Assembly: GCF_030684315.1 (NCBI RefSeq)
Contig: NC_081366.1
Span: forward strand, 45,980,078-46,044,077
Reading direction: 5' to 3'
Length of the DNA: 64,000 nt
Origin: Stegostoma tigrinum
Lineage: Eukaryota
Below are positions 12,065 to 23,996 of the stretch, one piece after another. Position numbers and translations under genes: made by a program. Under the pieces are notes generated by a model that had not been told where the DNA came from, did not search any database, and was given only the letters and a program-made list of their open reading frames with translations. Position 1 is the stretch's first letter. Each line of letters opens with the position of its first letter.

Positions 12065-14684
12065 AAATACAAATGGGTACAAATACAAGAGACTCTCATG
12101 ATACTCAGGAGGGAATTTTTTTTTAAAGTAGTTAAACAATAGGTTAAAACATGAAGTAAGGTTATACAGTTATATATGGACTTCTAGAAAAGTGTTTGAC
12201 AAAGTGCCACATAACTACAAAATTTAAGTTTTAATAAAAATAGGACAGTAGCAGCACAGATGTAAAGTGAAAGGTGAAAAATAAAAGTATTGATGAATGA
12301 TAACACCTTCAGTCCAGAACAGATAATAGGTTTCCAGGTGCAAATATTAGAACGACTTAATATCAATGGCTCATAGATGTGGCTGAATTTGGAAAGTTAA
12401 ATTCACGCTTTGGCACAAAGACAGTACATTAGAGGAGCAAACAAAATCTCTGCAGCTATTTACTAGAGAAAAACACATGGCTAATAAGTATTAGATGAGT
12501 GGTTAGGATTGATATTCCATTGCTTGAAAATATGAAACCTATCATGCCTAAAGAGAGTGGGATAATTATACACAGAGGAGGAAAAAAAGAAGTCAAGGAT
12601 TACAAGATGATGAGAAACAGTGGCTGTATTAAAATTTCACAGGATGTGTGCATGACTAGCTAGGTCTTCATTTAATGCCCATCCTCAGTTGCCCTTGTAG
12701 AAGTACAAGCCTTCTTTGTGAACCACTGCAGTCCAGTGGTGTAGGTAACAGTGCTGTCAAGAAAACTTCCACTGTTTTCAACTAATGAGTGAACAAGTAA
12801 CAGTTTAATTCTAAGTCAGAATCATGGGGTTTGGAGATGCTCCAATGCATCTGCTGCCTTCATTTTTTTGCGTACTGAATGACCTCGTATGGTATAACTA
12901 TTCTGTAATTCAAATAACCATTGAACTGTAATCTTCAAATCTACTCTCTTCCTTCTGGATCAATTCAGTCACCCAGTTAGTCAGCTGTTGATTGCTATAG
13001 TGAGAAATCCAAATGCCAAAAGAATCACAGCAACTATCGTTGGAACCTGCACACAGTCTGATTTTCATGGAACATTTAGTTCACATTGCTGCGCAGTCAA
13101 AATGTTGCATACATTTATACAGAAGATCAGAGCAGGAGTAGGCATTCAACTTGCAGTCTGCCCTGTCATTCATTATCATAATGTCTGATCATTGAGTCCA
13201 TTACCCTAATACCCCCCTTCCTGTTATCCCTCAGGTCCGTAAGAGGTTTATTTATCACCTTCTTGAAAACACAATGGTTTGGTCTCAACCACCTTCTGTC
13301 GTGGTGAATTCCACAGGCTCACCACTCTCGGTGAAGAAGTTTCTCATCTCAGCCCTAAAAAGGTATGCCCCCTAACCCTTAAACTGTGAGCACTGGTTTT
13401 GAAGGGATAATTAAGGGCCTATTAGCAGGTCCTGCTCCTTTACTACAAGACTAGGACAAAAGTGTCAAGTGAAATTGTAGACAATGGTTCAGGCAATGTG
13501 TTGTCTCAACAGGATTGAGGTTTTTTGAACCTTCCCTTGAAATCAAGGTCTTGCTCAGTGTTTAATTATAAGCTTAGATTTTAGCATCAATACATCTAAA
13601 AGTTAAATACAAGCAACAAACCCAACTAATTCTGGCAGCACATTGCAATTTTAAGATACCAAAATATGGTCTACATGGGCTGTTGGAAGTGACAAAATCA
13701 GCTATTTTCTCCCCAGTTAACTTCTCTTATCTATTTTGTCTTGTTTACAAATCTTAAAAAATTTGGAATGCTATCTATATTCAACATAAAAAAACAACTG
13801 ATATTACCAAGTGGGCAGGTGTAACAAATTTGCCAGCAATAAGAAATAAGTGCACAGGTTTTATCAATGGGTAAACAAATATTTAATTATATAATCCATT
13901 GCATGTCTGAAACACCATTTCAAAACAATTTTTGAAGCACATTTCAATAAGATAGTTCGCTACAGAATTTTTTATGATTTAATAAAATATACATTACATG
14001 GTGTCTTAAAAAGGTACACAGACATTGTTTTTCATCTACCACTGCTGGTAGCTGCAGTTTACTCCTCAACAAACTTGTTTTATTTCAACTTTGTACATAC
14101 AATGGTATACATTGTTTTTTTTTAAAAAAAAAGTGCAGTAGGTTGGCATGTGGAAGTCCATATTTCCAAATAACAAAACCAAGCTTCAACTGTACAAAGA
14201 TGAGCCTAGCAGCTCCCCACAAGGTGAATCAGAAAACAGCAAGTCATCTCGAGCACAAGTCAGCAAAGGTTACAGGCAAAAAAAAAATTATCTCCTCAAA
14301 TGTGAATTGTGCATGGCAGAAGAAAATACACGTGAAAGGGTGGTGGGAAGAACAAAAAAAAAGACTGAGTGCTAAACTTGTTATTTGTTTATGGTCTAGG
14401 ACTCCAAATTTTACTTTACATTCTGCCTATCACCCCTTTGTGTGTTTTTCCGTTCAACAGAAATATTCAGTTATGCTGTAGCTTTGATTACTCACTGAAA
14501 TATGTTTGGTATTGAGAACTCCCTAAATGTAAATTATCAATACTGTGCTGAATTATATTTCTACAAAGAAGGTTTCAATCATATGCATGTTTGTCATTAA
14601 ACATGATGCAGAAAAAAATTCTCCATTACTATTTTGCATTTGTTGGTTTTGGATGGTCCTGGACCAATACAGCAGAAAAGCTAC

Positions 14685-14851
14685 TTAGACGTTGCGCTTC
14701 AGTGCAGTAGCTACCACACCCACCAGGATAGCAGCAACAGTGAAACCTTGGGCAAAGATACGTGCTCGCATTAATAGCTGAGATTGTCGTGTCTTGCCAC
14801 GTTTAAAGGCGATCAGACCATAAGTAAGAGCACCTGCTGTGCCTAACATTC
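14685..14851 (-). CDS. HIGD2A: HIG1 hypoxia-inducible domain family member 2A, exon 2 (last coding exon)
   Basis: Polypyrimidine tract + AG at 14853-14852. (G)MLGTAGALTYGLIAFKRGKTRQSQLLMRARIFAQGFTVAAILVGVVATALKRNV* carries the HIG1 Q-x-x-M-R-x-R-x-x-A-Q motif. Phase 1 matches exon 1; total 312 nt = 103 aa + stop. Confidence 0.95.
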
Positions 14852-15787
14852 CTACAAAAAAGAAAGAGAAAAAAATTATCTTCAGACATGTTAAAAAATT
14901 AACTGGGGATTTCAAACTTTGTCTTCACGCACATGAATCCTTGGGAATTATACAAAGTTAAAACTGTGTTCCTATTAATTTTTAGAAATCTGACGTTATT
15001 AACTTCAACAGATCTTGCTTTTTTTAAAAAAAAATTTGGCTACACCAATAAGGCAGCCGTGCTAAAACATATTCTTTGTATTTAAATTCAGGAGATTTAC
15101 AAAGATGAATAACCAGCTAACCTCAAATTTATCTAAGCTTCTGGTGTGACTGTTTTGACACCTTGGCAATAGTTTACATTATTTTAAGATATAACTTCAC
15201 ACCATTTAAAGCATTTTCCAGAAATTATTCAATACTGCAGCATAACTGACCAATTCAGCCATTTCCACAGGAAAAAATAATGGAGCTGATGTGCTATGCG
15301 TGTACTTCCTATATAGTGTTTTCTAAGTGCCACAGGAAAGGCTTGTCAACAAAGTTCAAACCCATTAAATATAAAAAGAGACAATAGTAGTATGGATAGG
15401 AAGTTGGCTGAGTAACAGAAAACAGTGGTGAATAAAGCTTTTTAAAAAGAAGTGCCAGGAGAAACTCGGCAGTTTTGGAAACATTTGTAGAGAAAGTGTG
15501 TTAAGTCCAATACAACTTTTCAAAATGATTGTTTTCTGCCTGGAGGAAGGTTGGTTTAAACTGATGACCAAGAATTTTCTGCAAATGACTGAAAACCTGG
15601 ATGTATTGAGAATTAGCAGAAGTTTGTAATAGACAACACAAACATGGGTGCAGCAGGAGGGCAGCTTGCAAATGTGCTGCACAGAGGTATTAAGAAATGG
15701 ATTCTGGTAGGAAGAGCAATGTGACATTATAAAGGATGTTGCGGCTCAGAAGAGATGGAGGTGTATATACATGTTCTCTCTTCTCTC

Positions 15788-15792
<5 letters not shown>

Positions 15793-15820
<28 letters not shown>
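15793..15820 (+). repeat. (AC)14 microsatellite
   Basis: Directly visible. Confidence 0.95.
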
Positions 15821-15825
<5 letters not shown>

Positions 15826-17175
15826 TGAAGACGGCAGGTTGGGGAAGTGGTTACTAATAAGGCATGTGGGATGTTAAGTACTTTGAAAACAAATGCATAC
15901 GGTATAAAAACACAGAAGTCAAGGTGAATCTTTATAACACACCATTTCAACTTCACTGGAGTAGCATGCAATTCTAGGCCCCATTTTGGAGGATGTGAAG
16001 CTATAGACGGTGCAGAAAATAATGAGATTATTTCAAGCTATGAGGTGACATGCATAGATTTAAAAAATGTTTGGGGCTATTCTCCTTGGAGAAGGTTGAA
16101 AAATGTGGTAGAAAGGGATAATGGGAACCACAGTTGCTGGAGAATCCAAGATAACAATGTGTGAAGCTGGATGAACACAGCAGGCCAAGCAGCATCTCGG
16201 GAGCACAAAAGCTGACGTTTCGGGCCTAGTCCCTTCAGAGAGGGAGATGGGGCGAGGGTTCTGGAATAAATAAGGAGAGAGGGGGAGGCAGACCGAAGAT
16301 GGAGAGAAAAGAAGATAGGTGGAGAGGAGAGTATAGGTGGGGAGGTAGGGAGGGGATAGGTCAGTCCAGGGAAGACGGACAGGTCAAGGAGGTGGGATGA
16401 GGTGAGTAGGTAGGAAATGGAGGTGCGGCTTGAGGTGGGAGGAAGGGATGGGTGAGAGGAAGAACAGGTTAGGGAGGCAGAGACAGGCTGGGCTGGTTTT
16501 GGGATGCTGTGGGGGGGGAAGGGGAGATTTTGAAGCTGGTGAAGTCCACATTGATACCATTGGGCTGCAGGGTTCCCAAACGGAATAGGAGTTGCTGTTC
16601 CTGCAACCTTCGGGTGGCATCATTGTGGCACTGCAGGAGGCCCATGATGGACATGTCGTCTAAAGAATGGTGTGGGGGGGGGGGGGGGGGGGGGGGGGGC
16701 GGGGGGAGAGTTAAAATGGTTCGCGACTGGGAGGTGCAGTTGTTCATTGCGAACCGAGCGGAGGTGTTCTGCAAAGCGGTCCCCAAGCCTCCGCTTGGTT
16801 TCCCCAACGTAGAGGATGCCACACCCAGTACAATGGATACAGTATACCACATTGGCAGAATGTGCAGGTGAACCTCTGCTTGATATGGAACGTCATCTTG
16901 GGGCCTGGGATGGGGGTGAGGGAGGAGGTGCGGGGGCAAGTGTAGCACTTCCTGCGGTTGCAGGGGAAGGTGCCAGGTGTGGTGGGGTTGGAGGGGAGTA
17001 GGGAGCGAACAAGGGAGTCACAGGGAGAGTGGTCCCTCCGGAAGGCATACAAGGGTGGGGATGAAAAAATGTCTTGGGTGGTGGGGTTGATTGTAGATGG
17101 CGGAAGTGTTGGAGGATGATGCGTTGTATCCGGAGGTTGGTGGGGTGGTGTGAGAGAACGAAGGGCATCCTCGTG

Positions 17176-18616
17176 TCTCAGCCTGTTCCTGCCCCACCGA
17201 ACTCATCTCCACCTATCGGGACTCCATTTTCTCCCCTTTGGTCCAGGAACTCCCTACCTACGTCCGTGACACCACCCACGCCCTCCACCTCCTCCAGAAC
17301 TTCCAATTCCCTGGACGCCAACACCTCATTTTCACCATGGACGACCAGTCCCTATACACCTGTATTCCTCAAGCAGATGGCCTCAAGCCCCTCCACTTCT
17401 TCCTGTCCCGCAGGGCTGACCAGTCCCCCTCCACCGACACCCTCATCTGCCTAGCCGAACTCGTCCTCACCCTCAACTTCTCTTTCGATTCCTCCCACTT
17501 CCTACAGACAAAGGGGGTGGCCATGGGCATCTGCATGGGCCCAAGCTATGCCTGCCTCTTTGTAGGTTACGTGGAACAGTCCCTCTTCCACACCTACACA
17601 GGCCCCAAACCCTACCTCTTCCTCTGTTACATTGATGACTGTATCGGCGCCGCCTCTTGCTCCCCAGAGAAGCTCGAACAGTTCATCCACTTCACCAACA
17701 CCTTCCACCCCAACCTCAAGTTCACATGGGCCATCTCCATCACATCCCTCACCTTCCTGGACCCCTCAGTCTCCATCTCAGGTAACCAACTAGAAACTGA
17801 TGTCCATTTCAAGCCCACCGACTCCCACAGCTACCCAGAATACACCTCCTCCCACCCACCCTCCTGCAAAAATTCCATTCCCTATTCCCAATTCCTCCGC
17901 CTCCGCCACATCTGCTCCCAGGATGCGGCATTCCACTCCCGCACATCCCAGATGTCCAAGTTCTTCAAGGACCGCAACTTTCCCCCCCACAGTGGTCAAG
18001 AACGCCCTTGACCGCGTCTCCCACATTTCCCGCAACACATCCCTCACACCCCGCCCCCACAACAACCACCCCAAGAGGATCCCCCTCGTTCTCACACACC
18101 GCCCCACCAACCTCCGGATACAACGCATCATCCTCCGACACTTCCGCCATCTACAATCCGACCCCACTACCCAAGACATTTTTCCATCCCCACCCTTGTA
18201 TGCCTTCCAGAGAGGCCACTCTCCCTGTGACTCCCTTGTTCGCTCCACACTCCCCTCAACCCACCACACCTGGCACCTTCCCCTGCCACCGCAGGAAGTG
18301 CTACACTTGCCCCCACACCACCTCCCTCACCCCCATCCCAGGCCCCAAGATGGCTTTCCATATTAAGCAGAGGTTCACCTGCACATCTGCCAATGTGGTA
18401 TACTGTATCCATTGTACTGGGTGTGGCTTCTTTTACGTTGGGGAAACCAAGCGGAGGCTTGGGGACCGCTTTGCAGAACACCTCCGCTCGGTTCGTAATA
18501 AACAACTGCACCTCCCAGTCGCGAACTATTTAACTCCCCCCTCCCATTCTTTAGACGACATGTCCATCATGGGCCTCCTGCAGTGCCACAATGATGCCAC
18601 CCAAAGGTTGCAGTAG
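17176..18616 (+). pseudogene. 5'-truncated, frameshifted PLE RT + GIY-YIG endonuclease ORF
   Basis: RT motifs LIFTMDDQSLYT, QTKGVAMG-MGPSYACLF, YIDD, FLD, KPTDSHSY; linker PCHRRKCYTC; GIY-YIG FTCTSANVVYCIHCTGCGFFYVGETKRRLGDRFAEH. Spread over three frames (ORFs 17238, 17800, 18008) with an in-frame stop at 18614. Confidence 0.9.
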
Positions 18617-19050
18617 CAGCAACTCATATTCCGCTTGCGAACCCTGCAGCCCAATGGTATCAGTGTGGACTTCACAAGCTTCAACATCTCCCCTTCCCCC
18701 ACCGCATCCCAAAACTAGCCCAGTTCGTCCCCTCCCCCCACTGCATCACACAACCAGCCCAGCTCATCCCCTCCCCCCAATGCATCCCAAAACCAGCCCA
18801 GCCCGTCTCTGCCTCCCCAACCTGTTCTTCCTCTCGCCCATCCCTTCCTTCCACGTCAAGCCGCACCTCCATTTCCTACCTACTAAACTCATCCCACCTC
18901 CCTGACCTGTCCGTCTTCACCACACTGACCTACCCCCTCCTGACCTCCCCACCTATACTCTCCTCTCCACCTATCTTCTTTTCTCTCCATCTTTGGTCCG
19001 CCTCACTCCCTCTCCCTATTTATTCAAGAACCCTCTCCCCATTCCCCTCT

Positions 19051-19078
19051 CTGATGAAGGGACTAGGCCCGAAACGTC
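19051..19078 (+). ncRNA. Minimal hammerhead ribozyme motif, intact core (antisense to HIGD2A)
   Basis: CTGATGA-A-GGGACTAGGCCC-GAAAC-GTC. Confidence 0.75.
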
Positions 19079-19199
19079 AGCTTTTGTGCTCCCGAGATGC
19101 TGCTTGGCCTGCTGTGTTCATCCAGCTTCACACTTTATTCTCTTGAAAAATGTGGTAGTTTTGTTCAGATTAGTGAGGGGTTTAGATTGAGTTAGTAAG

Positions 19200-20530
19200 A
19201 CCATAAGAAATAGAAACAGAAACAGGAGTAGGCCATTTGGTTCCATAAGCCTTCTCCTCTATTCAATAGCATTGCACCTTATCCAACATTCCTCACAACC
19301 ACTATCCTCTAGGTTTTCCCTGTAATGCTCGATTCCTCTGCTGATCCACAATCTAACTATCTCATCCTTAAACATACACAAGGACACTATCTCCCTTCCT
19401 CCCCCAGCCCACCCCCACAGTTCTGTGGCAAGGAGTTCCAAAGACACACAACCCTCCGAAGGAATTCATCTTCATCTCAGTTTTAAACTAGCACTCCAAG
19501 ATTCTGAGACCATGCCCTCTGGTCCTAGGCTCCCCATCAGGGAAACATCTCAGCATTACCCTGTAAAGCCACCTAAGAATCCTGTACATTTGAATGAGAT
19601 CATTCCCCATTCTTCCAAATTATAAATGGATCCCAACTGTTCATACCTTGCTCGTTAGACAATCCATTCATACTGAGGATCATCCTAGTGAACTGTTTCT
19701 GAACTGCGTCCAATGAAATATCTTTCCTTAAAAAAATGGATCAAAACTACTGCAGATGTGGTCTCACCAGCACTCGTGCAGTTAGACTTGACTTCTCTAA
19801 CTCTTTAAATGATGGGCCAATTCCATTAGCCTTCCTGATAATCTTCTGCACCTATATGCTAATTTTCTGTGTAGTGCACAAGTGCCCCCAAGTCCCTTTG
19901 TGTTGCAGCTTTCTGCAATTTTTCTATTTAAACAGTACTGTTTTTTGTTCTCTTCCAAAAAGAAGAACTGCACGTTTTCCCACATTATACTTGACTTGCC
20001 AACATTTTGCCCACTCAATTTACCAACATCTATTTGTAAATAGTTAGTTTCAGCACTGATCCATGAGGAACACCACTGGTTACAGATTGCCAAATCTGAA
20101 AAAGAACCTCTAAACTCCATGCAGTTTCCTGTCTCTGCGCCAATTCGCTAACCATGCCAGTGTCCTACTCTGGACTCTTGGTATTTGATAAGACCAATCC
20201 TTTCTGGAAGTTCAAATGCAACACATCTACTGGTTCCCCTCTATCCAGTCTGGTTGAGACTGCTTCAAAAAAAGTCTTAAGTTTGTCAGACATGACTTCC
20301 ATTTCGCGAAGATGTGCCAAATCTGCTTGTTTAAGATTATAGTTTTCCAAGTGTGCTGCTGATACTTCCTTAATAAATGATTCCAACATTTTTCCAATAA
20401 AAGATGTTAGGCTAATTGGACTATAATTTTTGCCTCCCTTTTTGAATAGGCACATCACTGACACTTTTCCAGAATCCAAGGAATTTTGAAAAATTACAAC
20501 TCACGTAACTTTATCTCTGTATCTACATTT
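19200..20530 (-). mobile_element. Degenerate CR1/L2-type LINE fragment
   Basis: ORF 20165-20479 LFKKGG-NYSPISLTSFIGKMLES...FFEAVSTRLDRGEPVDVLHLNFQK is a CR1-type RT N-terminal region. Confidence 0.8.
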
Positions 20531-21214
20531 TTAAAGGTTCTAGCAAGAAACTGTTTTATAGAATACAGCATGGAAACAGATCCTTCAAACTCGTCCATGC
20601 TGACCAGATATCCTAAATAAATCTAGGTCTTTGGCCCATGTCCCTTTAAACCCTACCTATTCATAAAAACAAACATACAGATGCCTTTTAAATGTTCTAA
20701 GTGTACCAGTCTCTACACCTCTGACAGCTCATTTAGTACACGCACGACAATGTGTGAAAAAGTTGCAACTTAGGTCCCCTTTTAAATCTTTCCCCTCTCA
20801 CCTGAAACCTATATCCTCTCTGTCCTGAAACCAGTCCTAAGGCGATTGGCAAAAGAACTAGATGTGACATGAGAAGCCAGTGGTTAGGATCTGGAAGACA
20901 TCTTGAAAAGGTGGTAGAGACATGGTTTTCAAGGGGAAAATGTACATCTGAAAATAAAAACTGCAGAATGTAGTTAGTGGAGTGGAGGTAGCTGAGTTAG
21001 TTATAAGTAGTCCAGAAGTAGACATAACAGACTGCACAGTCACTGTCTTAAGGTGTAGTGAAACTGTGTTGTACAATAGGTTTTGTGAAATAGATTGTAG
21101 TGCCCCATTGTTGCACATTGCCCAAGTTTGACCTCTACAAGTAATTTTGATACATTACCATTTTCTTTATTGCCCAACAAAACTAAAGACCATCACAAAA
21201 TAAATTCACTAGTA

Positions 21215-21384
21215 ACAAAAACAAAGTTGCTGGAAAAGCTCAGCAGGTCTGAGGACCCTCCTCAGAATCACCAGACCCAAAATATTAACTCTGCCTTCTC
21301 CTTCACAGATGTTGCCAGACCGGAATTTTTCAGCGACTTTGTTTTTGTTCCTGATTTACAGCATCCGTAGTTCTTTCAGTTTTT
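21215..21384. mobile_element. Miniature PLE family-B fold-back remnant
   Basis: aacaaaaacaaagttgctggaaaagctcagcaggtctg is inverted relative to cagaccggaatttttcagcgactttgtttttgtt; imperfect flanking duplication ataaattcactagta / ataaatttagtagca. Confidence 0.6.
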
Positions 21385-21677
21385 ATAAATTTAGTAGCAT
21401 ATGGATAAGTGGCAATACTTTAAGACCATTCAGCCTGATTAAGCTAACCAATGTGATACAAGTCAGAACCTCAAATCGAAACAATATCACTGTCATTTTT
21501 AGATAAATGACTATCACAAACTTCTTTCTCATCACAGGCGCTACCAGACCTAATGAGTTACTCTAGCAATTTCTGTTTTTGTTTCAGATTTCCAGCATCT
21601 GCAGTTCTTTGATTTATTAAACTGTTGGAGAAATTCAGCAAGACTGGTAGTAGCTGTGATGAGAGAAACAAATTAGT

Positions 21678-21949
21678 CTGGATGAGAGTTTGCTCGCTGA
21701 GCCGGAAGGTTAGTTTTCAGACGTTTCGTCACCATTCTAGGTAAAATCATCAGTCAGCCTCCGACAAAGCGCTGGTGTTATGTTCGGCTTTCTATTTATC
21801 TGTTTAGATATGTTGTTATGTGATATTCTATGTTATCTGATGATGTTACCTAGAATGGTGACGAAACATCTGAAAACTAACCTTCCAGCTCAGCGAGCAA
21901 ACTCATATCCAGAACGTCAACCTGAGCTACAAATCTTCTCAAAACTCAC
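21678..21949. mobile_element. Miniature PLE family-C fold-back with two inverted hammerhead motifs, 12-bp TSD
   Basis: Arms 21678-21753 and 21837-21912 are inverted. Cores read CTGATGA-T-GTTACC-tagaat-GGTGAC-GAAAC-(G/A)TC. A 37-nt tail is present on the right arm only. AAACAAATTAGT at 21666-21677 and 21950-21961. Confidence 0.88.
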
Positions 21950-22359
21950 AAACAAATTAGTGTTTCAAGTGCAACGAGACACTTATTCCAAAGGGTCACC
22001 GACTCAAAACAGTAATGTTTCTCTCTTTACATGTGGTCAAACTTGCTGAGTTTCTATTTATGTAAGAAAATTTTGTTTCTTACTGGAGTACCTGCATTAA
22101 TGACCTTTATAAATGTTTTTCAAAATAAAAACTTACAGCAGTTTTCATTTATATTCAGTATACAGCAAAAGACTCGCATATATTTAAGAAGTTCCAAAGT
22201 CAACATGTTTTTACCATTTGAATTGCATAAGGCACACAAAGAAAGGTTAAATTCAACACGTAATGAGCAGTATTCATCTTTATGCTCCAACAACCAACTT
22301 CAGTTCTACGTGTCCCGTCAAATATAGTTTAAAATAGAATCCAAAATGAATTCCAGTCT

Positions 22360-22492
22360 AAATGAGGAAGGCTCAGCCGACCCGAAACGTTAACTTTTTT
22401 TTCCTTCACAGATGCTAGTAGGCCTGTTGAGTTTTTCCAGCAACTTGTTTTTGTTCCTGATTTACAGCATCCGCAGTTCCTTCAGTTTTTAT
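22360..22492 (+). mobile_element. Solo PLE family-B 3' end (degenerate hammerhead)
   Basis: tgaggaaggctcagccgacccgaaacgttaact...gttcctgatttacagcatccgcagttc; homologous to 23997, 50760 and 60125. Confidence 0.75.
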
Positions 22493-22562
22493 CCACTCTA
22501 AATCACCCCTGATCCAATCGCTGTCAGCTCGACGCCGTGCTCTAAACGCTTGTGGCACTTAC

Positions 22563-22707
22563 CGATTGGAACGAACGGGTTTTCTTTCGTCTTCCTAATA
22601 AACTTCTCTTGAAATCCTTCCTCCTTGAGTTTGGGTAACGGAGTAAAGCCCTCGACATCCGGAGGCTTCGTCAAATCGAGTACCGAGGCTGCAGAAAACG
22701 ACTTCAT
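22563..22707 (-). CDS. HIGD2A: HIGD2A exon 1 (coding part)
   Basis: ATG at 22707-22705; MKSFSAASVLDLTKPPDVEGFTPLPKLKEEGFQEKFIRKTKENPFVPI-G; donor G|GTAAGT at 22562. EKFxRKTxENPxVPIG is the HIGD2A signature. Confidence 0.93.
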
Positions 22708-23187
22708 CACTAGATCACTCCTCAAAGCCAGGAGCAATATCACGTGACCAGAACCATGGTGGGGTGGGGCCCAGTCTGAATGACGGTTAAAAAATACGGG
22801 CCCCTGCTCTCTAAAAACGGGTGGGTCTTATCTGTGATTGACAGTTGGCGGATGGAACGTTCCAAAGGGCGGGACCCATGCCTGTAATTGACAGCCAATA
22901 CAAACCAACCCCATTGAAGGGTGGGGCCTCCGTCTGTGATTGACAGCTAAAGCTATCCCGAATACACCCAAAGGTGACGTTTGTTACGTCTTCTAGTAGT
23001 CTTATCGCTAAACTATTTCATCAAAAATAGCATCAAGAGAACTAGTGGTCAGATTGTAAATAGGAATAAAATTTTTCATATTAATAAAGTAGAATTCAGG
23101 ACGAGGTTGGGGTTAGAGGGCAAACGTCAGAGTTCAGGTGGTGGGTGAGACGCGTGTTGCTGAGATCGCGTGGATAATTTCTGAAAG
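22708..23187. promoter_or_regulatory. Bidirectional promoter HIGD2A/NOP16 (CpG-enriched; E-box, repeated GC-box + TGATTGACAG, CCAAT, CRE-like site)
   Basis: Divergent ATGs 480 bp apart. TCACGTGAC 22740-22748; TGATTGACAG 22835 and 22937; TAATTGACAG 22885; CCAAT 22895; GGGYGGG boxes at 22762, 22819, 22867, 22919; TGACGT ~22975. Confidence 0.8.
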
Positions 23188-23293
23188 ATGCCGAAAGCAA
23201 AAGGGAAAAACAGGAGAAAAAGTTCGATTACAACTCCAATCGGAAAAAGCTCAAACGGAAGATGTTGAAGAAGGCGAGCCCGTTGATCGAGTG
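23188..23293 (+). CDS. NOP16: NOP16 nucleolar protein, exon 1 (apparent 1-nt frameshift at the A-run 23217-23221)
   Basis: ATG CCG AAA GCA AAA GGG AAA AAC AGG AGA (MPKAKGKNRR), then in a shifted frame KFDYNSNRKKLKRKMLKKASPLIE-C; donor TG|GTAAGT at 23294. Confidence 0.88.
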
Positions 23294-23996
23294 GTAAGTG
23301 TAAGAGACGCTGGGGCTCAGTCTTTGCTCCCCACAGAAATCTTGTCAACCACTCAATCTGAAATGGTTGGTGATGGTTTATTAAAAGCCATTACCGGGTA
23401 TTAGTTTAATTTTATTGAGATTTTACCTCCTCCCTCGTGTTTTTCTTGTGTTGGGTTGCCACTTATTTCTGTTTGAACTGATACCACGTTGTTAAAGGTG
23501 CCATGTTTGAATCAGGTGATATAGAAAAGTAGGGCATTTTCCAGTGTGAGGTAGACCGGGTTTTAAATCAATAACGGAATCGAGGGTTCTGTGGAAAAGG
23601 CAGGAAAGTAGAGTTCAGGATTATCAGATCAGCCTCTATCCATTGAAGGCCAGAACAGATACGATCGACCGAATTGTCGACTTTTGCTCCTATATCTTCG
23701 ATACTAAACTTGTTCATGGGATGTGTGCATTGCTGACTCAGAAGGCCCTTTATATTGTCATTCCCTTCATCCAATTTGCGGTGGATCTGGAAAAAGTAGA
23801 TTTGCTTCCCCAAATGATGTTGGTGAAACAGGCGATTCTGTAGTGTCCTACTCATTACTCAGAAGGCCACCGAGCTTTTAAAAGGACGGAAGGGATATGT
23901 ATATGTGGTTGGGGCAAAAGGAATTTAGGACGTGTAAAAACAATGGGAGGAGGCTCATGGCAAGTGTAAATAAATGTTCTGTAAAATCGATTTAAA

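Larger units (their letters stand above)
16112..19142. mobile_element. Penelope-like element (Neptune-like, family A), inverted fold-back insertion in the HIGD2A intron, 16-bp TSD
   Basis: Left arm ~16117-17172 (-) is the reverse complement of ~18075-19145 of the right arm (~17176-19145, +). TTGAAAAATGTGGTAG flanks both ends (16096-16111 and 19143-19158) and interrupts a CR1 fragment. Confidence 0.92.

Noticed and set aside
18616-19050. SECIS or selenocysteine recoding in the PLE (known in some PLE clades)
   Set aside because: The interruptions are frameshifts and a TAG rather than in-frame TGA at Cys positions; no SECIS-like stem seen.
16384-19190. Dense cluster of overlapping Pro/Gly-rich ORFs on both strands as novel genes
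   Set aside because: They are alternative frames of the C-rich PLE and its inverted copy; the poly-Pro/Gly comes from homopolymer runs.
22760-22950. CRISPR-like repeat-spacer array
   Set aside because: Vertebrate DNA, short degenerate repeats and no cas genes; better explained as repeated transcription-factor modules.
23138-23404. 88-aa ORF overlapping NOP16 exon 1
   Set aside because: Non-ATG start, out of frame with both NOP16 segments, and runs through the donor into the intron.
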